Made by a program: the position numbers and the translations under genes | Shown here: piece after piece, positions 1-7,134 of the stretch | Layout of the letters: every line of letters begins with the position of its first letter | Position numbering within the stretch: position 1 is the stretch's first letter | The notes under the pieces: model-generated | The model's database searches: none | Told to the model about the DNA's origin: nothing | The model's input: the letters and a program-made list of their open reading frames with translations, nothing else | From: a virus | Taxonomy: Duplodnaviria > Caudoviricetes | Length of the DNA: 24,105 bases | Direction: 5' to 3' (one strand) | Virus record (IMG/VR): IMGVR_UViG_3300035109_000009 | Coordinates: 1-24,105 of that record

Positions 1-556
1 CCCCGTTCCAGCGAGCGATGGCCCTGTCCGAGGAAAGCGTACCGACGAGCCCAGAGCCTCCACCGCCACCCGGCGGGCCCTGTGGACCTGCGGGCCCTGT
101 GGGTCCCTGAATCCCCTGCAAGCCTGCCGGACCTGTGGCTCCTTGTGAGCCAGCCGCCCCCGCAGGGCCTGTTGGGCCTGTAGCACCCTGCGAGCCTGCG
201 GCACCCGCAGGCCCTGTGGCTCCCGTCGCTCCCTGCGACCCCGGCGAGCCTGCGGCTCCTTGGGGCCCCGTCGGCCCCGTAAACCCAGTAACCCCGGGCG
301 ACCCCTGTGGACCCGCTGGCCCTGTGGGCCCCTGCACCCCTTGGGGGCCAGCCGCACCCGTTGGCCCCGTGGCTCCCGTGGCGCCTCGTGGCCCTGTAGC
401 TCCGGTCTGGATAGCCGCCGCGATGGCCGCATTCAGCTGGTCATATTCGACACCTTCACCAGTCGCGGCAGCAGCCGTGATGTTCTTAACCTTGCCACCG
501 GCAGGGGCAACGAGGTCGTTGCCCGTATTCTTCCAGTTTCCGTCGCCGGTGGTCAT
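1..556 (-). CDS. Collagen-like tail fibre/virion appendage protein (3' partial; absent from the ORF track)
   Basis: ATG at 556 overlaps the upstream TGA (ATGA). It translates [51 protein letters not shown], then 37 Gly-X-Y triplets, then [23 protein letters not shown], and is open to the window edge. The + strand ORF 135..575 is its antisense shadow. Confidence 0.9.
   Translation of the reverse strand, partial: MTTGDGNWKNTGNDLVAPAGGKVKNITAAAATGEGVEYDQLNAAIAAAIQTGATGPRGATGATGPTGAAGPQGVQGPTGPAGPQGSPGVTGFTGPTGPQGAAGSPGSQGATGATGPAGAAGSQGATGPTGPAGAAGSQGATGPAGLQGIQGPTGPAGPQGPPGGGGGSGLVGTLSSDRAIARWNG
71..403 (-). repeat. Collagen triple-helix repeat, 37 uninterrupted Gly-X-Y triplets ([15 protein letters not shown])
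   Basis: 9-nt periodicity with Gly in every third codon over 333 nt. Confidence 0.95.
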
Positions 557-735
557 ACGAGTTCCTTCTGAATGAAGCCAGTCGTCGTATCGATTTGAAT
601 CAGATCATTCGCTGTGTTCTTGATTATTAGGTCCTTAACGTTCGGGGGCGGAGGGATGAACACAGGCGCTGAAGCGCTGGATTGCGACAACAACCTACCG
701 CGGTGTATCCGGACATTCTTTCTACGCCCCTTCAT
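553..735 (-). CDS. Small hypothetical (probably virion-associated) protein, 60 aa
   Basis: Start re-assigned from the track ORF 553..888 to ATG 735, which overlaps the stop of 732..1529 (ATGA). Its own stop overlaps the collagen ATG. Sequence: [60 protein letters not shown]. Confidence 0.75.
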   Translation of the reverse strand: MKGRRKNVRIHRGRLLSQSSASAPVFIPPPPNVKDLIIKNTANDLIQIDTTTGFIQKELV

Positions 736-1529
736 ACTGATACGAGGCCTCCATACTTGGCGGTGACGGCGGAATCGAGGGCGGCGATTTCCGAGACATT
801 CGGCCGACCCGCACAGTATAAATTGCAAACGATCTCGAAGTTTGCGAACAGTGTTGGTGCACCAGTTGCGAGCGTCGCCCCCATGCATCGTCCGTTGCCG
901 GGAACTGTGTTCCCAGAATTGGCGCCGGTGATAGACGTGGACCCAATCTTAAATTCATCGGACGTTGAATTCGCCCAATATGCGAAGCATCGGACCCAGG
1001 ACCCTAACACCGCACCGTTGTTATTATTGGTAGATATTCCCGCGAACATTGAAATCTTCGGGGTACCAACGGCGGTCAGAATCGTCATGCTCTCAACACC
1101 TGACAGGGTGCCGGTATCGAAGAACACATGATTCGTGGTCCATGCAACCTGCTTCATCACCCAGTATTGGAATGTCGATGTAGTCCCAGGTGCTGGTAGA
1201 TTAATTGGCGCCGTCATATACTTGGTGGCGCCGTCCATCACGAGCGACGGGAATCCATTCAACCCATTCGAATTCAACGCTGGTTGTGCGGCCCCCGTGC
1301 TTTGAGACCAACTATTGGCATGCGCCGTCTGGTCGGCCCAACCGCTAACTGCAGACCCATTGAGCGTTATACCTAGGTCGGACTGAACAGAAGATAGAAC
1401 AGTGACGCTTGAGATCAGCGTATGGAATGTAATAATCCCAGGAGGAGCGGGAGGTATGAAGATGCCAGAAGGCTCACCCCGCAGGACGCGCCCTCGATTC
1501 ATGCGAGGGGTGATGCGGCGAGCCATCAT
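732..1529 (-). CDS. Concanavalin A-like/LamG lectin-fold virion protein (putative receptor-binding protein)
   Basis: The motif VSGWADQTAHAN...AAQPALNSNGLNGFPSLVMDG matches the W-x-D...P...NG-x-P-x-x-x-(F/M)DG pattern of phage LamG-like proteins. It is beta-rich, ends in EI...L...KYG and lies among fibre genes. Confidence 0.7.
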   Translation of the reverse strand: MMARRITPRMNRGRVLRGEPSGIFIPPAPPGIITFHTLISSVTVLSSVQSDLGITLNGSAVSGWADQTAHANSWSQSTGAAQPALNSNGLNGFPSLVMDGATKYMTAPINLPAPGTTSTFQYWVMKQVAWTTNHVFFDTGTLSGVESMTILTAVGTPKISMFAGISTNNNNGAVLGSWVRCFAYWANSTSDEFKIGSTSITGANSGNTVPGNGRCMGATLATGAPTLFANFEIVCNLYCAGRPNVSEIAALDSAVTAKYGGLVSV

Positions 1530-1531
1530 GT

Positions 1532-1948
1532 TTATTGCGGGTTACCACTCGTGAGCCAAATTCGAACCACGCCCTGACCCCGCGCCTGTATGACGAGGAA
1601 TTGGCCGGAAGGCAGCTCATCTGTCGGGGTGAGTGCTGGCAGGTATGCACAAGCTCCGGTGCCTCCACCAGCGACGGTGTGGTCAACAATGGCCCCCGTA
1701 ACTCCAGCCCAGGCGTACCAGAGGTCACCCGCCGTCTCCGAAATCATCCGGACGAAGCGCCCCCTATAGTGGTCACCCCCGAACATCCCCGTTGCTTGGA
1801 GATCAAATTGTTGCGCAACACCCGATGCGCCGAGCGAACACACGCAAATGGCCGTCAACGGAGGACGGAAGCCGTGGGGTCCCGTTGGCGTGTTGACGGT
1901 GTAGGGACCGCGAAGGTCCGCTGCCATATATTCTTTATCGGAACTCAT
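1532..1948 (-). CDS. Hypothetical beta-rich protein, 138 aa (probable virion component)
   Basis: Start re-assigned to ATG 1948 (MSSDKEYMAADLRG...), which overlaps the upstream TGA (TGATG). The extension to 2230 overlaps ORF 1948..2349 and is low complexity. Confidence 0.7.
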   Translation of the reverse strand: MSSDKEYMAADLRGPYTVNTPTGPHGFRPPLTAICVCSLGASGVAQQFDLQATGMFGGDHYRGRFVRMISETAGDLWYAWAGVTGAIVDHTVAGGGTGACAYLPALTPTDELPSGQFLVIQARGQGVVRIWLTSGNPQ

Positions 1949-2349
1949 CACACGCCTCCCAAGGAAACGGCAAAACCAACAGGACCAACCCTTCCGCCGG
2001 GAAGGGGTCCGAGAAGGCTTTCCGCCTTCGGACGGGGTGCTGGCGGTCCCGAAGACGGAAGGGGCTCCGGCGGGCGAGGAGACGCCTCCGCGGCGGCTTT
2101 CTGCCGTACCACCCCCGCAAGGGGTCCCGACGCCGGCACTTCGGCGATTCGCTCTGCCCCGAGGAGGCGCATTAGCTCGTCCTCGGGAATCGTTTCTGCC
2201 TCGGTGAGGCGCTCCTTCGGATTCTCGCAAATGAACGAGAACCCGCGGGACTCGACGAACCTGGTGAGCTGTTCCCGGTTTTCTGCTGGGAACGAGATAT
2301 CTACATGGCGCTTGTCGCGATAGACGTAGCGGCGGATGGTCTCCATCAC
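1948..2349 (-). CDS. Hypothetical protein, 133 aa, Pro-rich C-terminal half
   Basis: Fills the gap between the 959-aa gene and 1532..1948, has a GTG-ATG start and is coupled to the downstream gene. Confidence 0.7.
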   Translation of the reverse strand: MMETIRRYVYRDKRHVDISFPAENREQLTRFVESRGFSFICENPKERLTEAETIPEDELMRLLGAERIAEVPASGPLAGVVRQKAAAEASPRPPEPLPSSGPPAPRPKAESLLGPLPGGRVGPVGFAVSLGGV

Positions 2350-2367
2350 CGCATACGAGCCAAAAAC
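2343..2367 (-). promoter_or_regulatory. Conserved bipartite motif GTTTTTGGC-N8-GGTGATGG (copy 1), overlapping the start of 1948..2349
   Basis: Minus strand reads GTTTTTGGC TCGTATGC GGTGATGG. The same blocks and spacing occur at 9333..9357. Function unknown. Confidence 0.4.
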
Positions 2368-2370
2368 ATC

Positions 2371-5250
2371 TTAAACAGAGAGCTTGTCGAAAGGACTCTT
2401 CATTGAATCACTGAGATTCCCCTTGATGGCCTTGGGCGGAGGCGTCTGCTTCTGCGCCTCGGTCTGCGCCCCTTGATTGAATGCTTGAGCTATCCGATTC
2501 TGGAATCCGGGATCCAGCGTGGGCTCTATCAACCAGGGTTGGTCGAAGAGCTGCGCCAACATGCAACGCGTCTGTAAAGGGGGCGGCTGTCCCGAGGAAT
2601 CTTTGCGGTGCGCGGCGTCGAAGACTGCCTGCTGCGCCCGCTGATAGAGCGCGGGATAGCACGTCTTCAGTGCTTCCATGTGCTCCGGCGGAGGATACTT
2701 TCCCTCGCGCATTTGACGGAACACGACACCGGGGTCTTGCACCGCTTCGTAGTACCTGAGGAACTTCGCTCGGTCGGACGGCGCTACAGATGCAAGTTGG
2801 TTCGGCGTGAGGGGAGACCCGCCGTAGACGGGGCCGGGCAACTTCGAGTGCAAGAAGTCCGCGGCTCGCATCGCCCCGGTAATCATCTGGTCGCGCACCG
2901 CGGGGTGTTCGATGTGGCCCATAGCGTCGCCAATCTTCTTGGCCATGCCCATCGGGTCCGCCATCGACGTGGTGAGCTCTTTCGAGATGCGCTGGTAGCG
3001 CGCCTTGCTGTCTTCTTCGTCCCTGCCGGCGGCTCGCTGCGCCTCGGTACGGACGACACGGCCCACGCTCTTCGCGGTCTCTGCGGCACGCTGGGTCCGG
3101 GAAAGGAACGCCGAGCGAATATCGGAATCGACCCCCTTACCCCACTTGATGCTCATCTCGCGCAGTGCCGTGGCCTGGTGGATCAATTTGACAGGGTCCA
3201 TCAAGTTGCCGAGCACCGCGCCAATACCGGCTCCGGGAGCGCCGCCAAGTACCGCGCCGGTGATACCGAGCGTGCCGTGCGAAGAGGACGCCCGTTTCAG
3301 TGCCTCTTCGACGATGTTCGCCTTCCCGACCGTGTTGGTCGCTTTATCGAGGAGCTCCTGGGCGACCTTCACGGACCCCAGCACCTTCTGCATACCCTTC
3401 TCGTGGGCGTCGAGGCCGTAGCTTTTGACGATTGACTCCACGAGGTCTCGCTGTGCCTCGATATGGTCCCTGACGAGGCCGTCGAGGGTCTTTGATTTCG
3501 TGGTCCCGAGACCGTCGACGTACGAAGCAATCTTGCGAGGGTCGATGACGTAGCGGGGTCGCCCGAAATCCTCGCCCGTCCTCTCGAAGAGGTGAGCGGC
3601 GATATACTTTCGGCTATCAAGGAACCGAGCGTAGGCCTGGTTCACTTGCTTCTGATTCTTTCCGAAATCGCCCCAGATTGAGTCGTTCTCGAGAAACGAC
3701 CGCATGTCTTCGGAAACGTCATTGGCGAATGCGGCTCGAGCCCTCGCCTGCTCGATCTCGAGCCCCGAGGTCACGCGATAGGAGGTCGACTCGGCGTTGA
3801 CCTTCGCCCGCTGCATTCGAGCTTTGAACTCGTCCAGTGCGTGGACCGCTTCCGCGGGGTCGTCGGTCTTGCGAATCGTGTCGACGGTGTCTTCCATCGC
3901 CGACCGGATGTCTTCAATTTGCTTGCCCTCGCCCATGACGGGACGACGAACGACCTCAGGCTCTCCGTTGATTGACCGAACGCGAGGGCCCTTGGTCTCG
4001 TCGAGACGGTTGAGAGCGTCTTCGATGCCGGCAGCCTTCTCCTTGGCCGCTTTGAGCATCGTATCGGTGTCGCCGGTGAGCGACTTGCGGATGTTCTCTA
4101 TCTTCTGGCCGGAAGCGCGGCTTACCTCGTCGAGGATTGGCTGGCTTTCCTCGTGGGCGACCTGCATCGCGTCGGTGAGATCGTTCGATACGGCTTCGAG
4201 GATTGCTGCTCGGTTCTCGTGCGCTTGGCGGAAGGAAATCGCCTCGTCGGTCCAGCGCAGTCCGCCGAATTTCTCGAGGTCCTCTTTCGGGACGCCCGAA
4301 GCGACCGATTGCACCGTCTCCGCTTTATCGCGGAGGTAGTCCATGGCGTCTTTGAAGTACTGGCCCATCCCCTTCGGTGGCTTCGTACCGACGACGTCCT
4401 CAAGCATTTCGTTGGTGGCCTGCTCGCTCTCTTTCGAGAGACCCCGACCGAAAAGCTTCTCCGCTAGAGCGCGGCGAGCAGCAGGGACCCCGGCCTTTAT
4501 TCCCTCAGAGACGCCACCAAGAGCACCGCCAAGGGCCGCGCCGATGCCCATATTCGCGAGTGCAGCGTCGGCGGTGTACTCGCTGTCTTTTACCCACGCT
4601 TCTTCCGACCCTGCGGCGTAGGACTGCGTGGCGCCTTCCGCCGCCAACGAGCCGATACGAGCAGCGGCGGAACCCTCGCCGAGGAGCCCGGAGCCTGCGA
4701 GAGCCTCTCCCGCGGCACCAAGGCCACGAAGCGCAGCACCACCGGTGACGAACCCGGCAAGGTTGGCGGCTTCTTTCCCGAGCGGCGCCACTTCCGCGAA
4801 CCTTCTCGAGCGTTCGGCTTCCTGCCGTGCGGCTTCGTCGCCGGCTACGAACGCGTCGAGTTTCTCGACGAGCTGTTCACCGGAGAGGGCTTCGAGCGGA
4901 TTGCCGATATCTTCGCCGGTGGCGCCTTTGATCGCCGAGCGACCAAGAGCAACGCCAGCACGAGGAAGTGCCGTAACGGCGTCAGCAACCCCCTTGACAC
5001 CTTCCCTCGCGTAGAAGTCCGCCTTCGTGGCAAAGTCAGCATCCTGCCACTCCTTCTGCATGACGCCGCGGTTGATGTCGTCCGCGGTGGCCGGCGTGAA
5101 GCCGTTACGCTCCGGATTGGCGAGCAGCGCCCCGACCTCGCCGGGATGCACGAGCTGAACTTCGCCAGTGGCATCCTTGAGGTGAACGAGGCCGTCGTCA
5201 CCTTGCCATACGACTTGGCCCGTCGAAGGTTCCTGGACCCATCCGGCCAT
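2371..5250 (-). CDS. Large internal virion/DNA ejection protein, 959 aa
   Basis: Helical, Ala/Gly/Glu/Lys-rich protein with glycine-zipper segments (GIGAALGGALGG; GITGAVLGGAPGAGIGAVLG). It is the third of three large genes after the nozzle, as in podovirus ejectosome modules. TAATG coupling to the upstream gene. Confidence 0.65.
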   Translation of the reverse strand: MAGWVQEPSTGQVVWQGDDGLVHLKDATGEVQLVHPGEVGALLANPERNGFTPATADDINRGVMQKEWQDADFATKADFYAREGVKGVADAVTALPRAGVALGRSAIKGATGEDIGNPLEALSGEQLVEKLDAFVAGDEAARQEAERSRRFAEVAPLGKEAANLAGFVTGGAALRGLGAAGEALAGSGLLGEGSAAARIGSLAAEGATQSYAAGSEEAWVKDSEYTADAALANMGIGAALGGALGGVSEGIKAGVPAARRALAEKLFGRGLSKESEQATNEMLEDVVGTKPPKGMGQYFKDAMDYLRDKAETVQSVASGVPKEDLEKFGGLRWTDEAISFRQAHENRAAILEAVSNDLTDAMQVAHEESQPILDEVSRASGQKIENIRKSLTGDTDTMLKAAKEKAAGIEDALNRLDETKGPRVRSINGEPEVVRRPVMGEGKQIEDIRSAMEDTVDTIRKTDDPAEAVHALDEFKARMQRAKVNAESTSYRVTSGLEIEQARARAAFANDVSEDMRSFLENDSIWGDFGKNQKQVNQAYARFLDSRKYIAAHLFERTGEDFGRPRYVIDPRKIASYVDGLGTTKSKTLDGLVRDHIEAQRDLVESIVKSYGLDAHEKGMQKVLGSVKVAQELLDKATNTVGKANIVEEALKRASSSHGTLGITGAVLGGAPGAGIGAVLGNLMDPVKLIHQATALREMSIKWGKGVDSDIRSAFLSRTQRAAETAKSVGRVVRTEAQRAAGRDEEDSKARYQRISKELTTSMADPMGMAKKIGDAMGHIEHPAVRDQMITGAMRAADFLHSKLPGPVYGGSPLTPNQLASVAPSDRAKFLRYYEAVQDPGVVFRQMREGKYPPPEHMEALKTCYPALYQRAQQAVFDAAHRKDSSGQPPPLQTRCMLAQLFDQPWLIEPTLDPGFQNRIAQAFNQGAQTEAQKQTPPPKAIKGNLSDSMKSPFDKLSV

Positions 5251-7118
5251 TATTGGTCCTCGGACTCGTCAGAAGACCCGCCAGACGTCTGGACGCCGCC
5301 GCGTTGCCGTTCCAGCGCGCTGTGCACCACGCGATTGGCGCCGAGGTACTTCTGCTGCGCTGCTTTACGCACTGATGGGTAGGGAGAAAGGAGCTGCTCC
5401 TTGACCGAGGCCAATGCAGCTTCGGTCTGGTTCTCTCCGTTGGCGGCGAGAATCTTCGGAGCCGCCGCGTTGACGGCGGCCTCGTACTTCAAGCGCTCTT
5501 GCGAGCGCAGGGCAGTAGGAATCTTTTCCGAGAGCAATCCGCCAGGGTCCGCCTTCGTGAGCTGAACGATGTCCTCGCTTCCGGACTCGTTGATGGCCTC
5601 GGTCATCGCCAACCGAGCGGAGAGCTTGCCTGGACCGTTGGATCCCTTCGGAGGCGCGGAACCTCCGTGCGTGATGCGGTACTTGTTCGCCTCATTCTCG
5701 GCTTCCCCCTTGAGGCGCTTGTTGTACTCCGCGTCGGTCTCCATGTGCGGGCCCCCTGCGCGCGGAACGACCATTCTCGATTCCGTGCCAACTCTAGTCT
5801 TGCCGTCGAGGTTGACACGGAGTTGCTCCGCTGCCTCGGCCTGCCACTTCTGGAACGCCGGCTGCACTTGAGCGAATGCCATTTGGGCCTGCTGCGTCCC
5901 GATGAGAGCAGCCTTCTTCTGTGCCTCCGCCTCGGCTCGCTTCGCATAATTGAACTTGAGGATAGATGCGGCGTCATCGGTATCGAGCCCATACTGCTCG
6001 CGAATTCGCAGAAGGTCGTTGCTAGCCTTCACAGTCCCGCGCTGGATAGCCTCTCGCTGTCCCTCGATGTCATTGTCCATCTGGCGATTGATCTGGTCGA
6101 GCGCTTGATTGCGAGCGCCGCCCGTCATCGCCTGGCCAACAGACCCGAGCATGATGCCAATTCCCGCGGCGATTTGCCCGCCAACGTTGCCGCGGAAGAT
6201 TCGGTATTGGTCGACCTCTTTTTTATTGGACTGGTCGTAGTCCGCCTGAGCGATGTTCATCCGGCGGTTGTATTCGTCGTTCAGGACCTTCTTGCGGGCC
6301 TGCTGGCGAACAATTTCATCCTCCGCCTCTTGCTGGCGCCTCGCCTGCTCGGCTGCCTCCGCGCGCTGTTGCTGGACCTGCATTTGGTATCCAGACGATT
6401 GAACTTCAGCGAGCTTCTTCTGCGCTTCAACCTGAGCGTCATAATTCTCGATGACCTTCGCTCGTTCGGCAGGGTCGGCGACTCCTCCCTCCCGGATCAT
6501 TGATTGCTGCACCGGCACTGGCACCGCACTCGCTGCATCGTGGGCAGGATTGGTGCCACGAGAGTAGACAACTCGGCGCGGGATATATCCCTGGTCGGGT
6601 CCTCCACCGGCGGCGCCAGGTGAAGGTGCGCCTGACATCACCGGCACCCGCCCCGTTGGCGGCATGACCAAGCCCGCCCTCGCCGTGGCGTTTCCTTGCC
6701 CCCCGGAGCCGCTTGCGGCGCCTGGGGCGCCTGCGGCGGCAGGAGCCGGGGGAGGCGCTTGGGGAGGCGCTTGGGGAGGCGCTCCTGCGTACTCCGTCGG
6801 GGTTGTATCGTGCGACTGCGGGGCAGTCTTCGACATCAACGCTTGCCGGAAATCCTCCGCTTGTTTTGATTGGATCTGTTGCGCCAACCCCGGGTCGGGT
6901 GCCGTGACTGAGGGGGGCAGAGATGCAATACCTGGAGTCGTCGAGCCTCCCATCGCCAGGCGGTTGTCCGGCGGCTTCGTCCGGTCGATATTATCCTTCA
7001 GCTGATTCGCGTAATCCCCGTAGAAGAACGCGGAAGACCCATCCGGACGCAGGAAGTTATAACCTGGCCCGTTTGGCTGATATCCGACGAACGGCGGAGG
7101 CGGTGCTGTTAAAGCCAT
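5250..7118 (-). CDS. Internal virion/ejection protein, 622 aa
   Basis: Pro/Gly-rich N-terminus, long Gln/Ala-rich coiled coil and a central hydrophobic segment GGQIAAGIGIMLGSVGQAMTGG. Position is within the ejection module. Confidence 0.6.
   Translation of the reverse strand: MALTAPPPPFVGYQPNGPGYNFLRPDGSSAFFYGDYANQLKDNIDRTKPPDNRLAMGGSTTPGIASLPPSVTAPDPGLAQQIQSKQAEDFRQALMSKTAPQSHDTTPTEYAGAPPQAPPQAPPPAPAAAGAPGAASGSGGQGNATARAGLVMPPTGRVPVMSGAPSPGAAGGGPDQGYIPRRVVYSRGTNPAHDAASAVPVPVQQSMIREGGVADPAERAKVIENYDAQVEAQKKLAEVQSSGYQMQVQQQRAEAAEQARRQQEAEDEIVRQQARKKVLNDEYNRRMNIAQADYDQSNKKEVDQYRIFRGNVGGQIAAGIGIMLGSVGQAMTGGARNQALDQINRQMDNDIEGQREAIQRGTVKASNDLLRIREQYGLDTDDAASILKFNYAKRAEAEAQKKAALIGTQQAQMAFAQVQPAFQKWQAEAAEQLRVNLDGKTRVGTESRMVVPRAGGPHMETDAEYNKRLKGEAENEANKYRITHGGSAPPKGSNGPGKLSARLAMTEAINESGSEDIVQLTKADPGGLLSEKIPTALRSQERLKYEAAVNAAAPKILAANGENQTEAALASVKEQLLSPYPSVRKAAQQKYLGANRVVHSALERQRGGVQTSGGSSDESEDQ
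6749..6783. repeat. 12-bp tandem repeat (GGGGAGGCGCTT, about 3 copies) encoding APPQ/APPP linker
   Basis: Directly visible in sequence, in frame within 5250..7118. Confidence 0.85.
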
Positions 7119-7134
7119 CTACATCAAACCTCAA

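Noticed and set aside
135-575. + strand Pro/Ala/Gly-rich ORF of 146 aa
   Set aside because: Antisense shadow of the collagen repeat on the minus strand.
732-1529. Possible diversity-generating retroelement target (lectin-like protein)
   Set aside because: No template repeat, adenine-specific variant copy or reverse transcriptase was seen in the window, and the fold looks LamG-like rather than C-type lectin.
640-1529. Twin-arginine (Tat) signal peptides at the RR-containing N-termini
   Set aside because: There is no S/T-R-R-x-F-L-K consensus and no hydrophobic region after the arginines.
2371-5250. Tape measure protein call for the 959-aa gene
   Set aside because: No tail tube, sheath or tail-assembly chaperone genes were recognised, and the adaptor-nozzle-three-large-genes layout fits a short-tailed phage.
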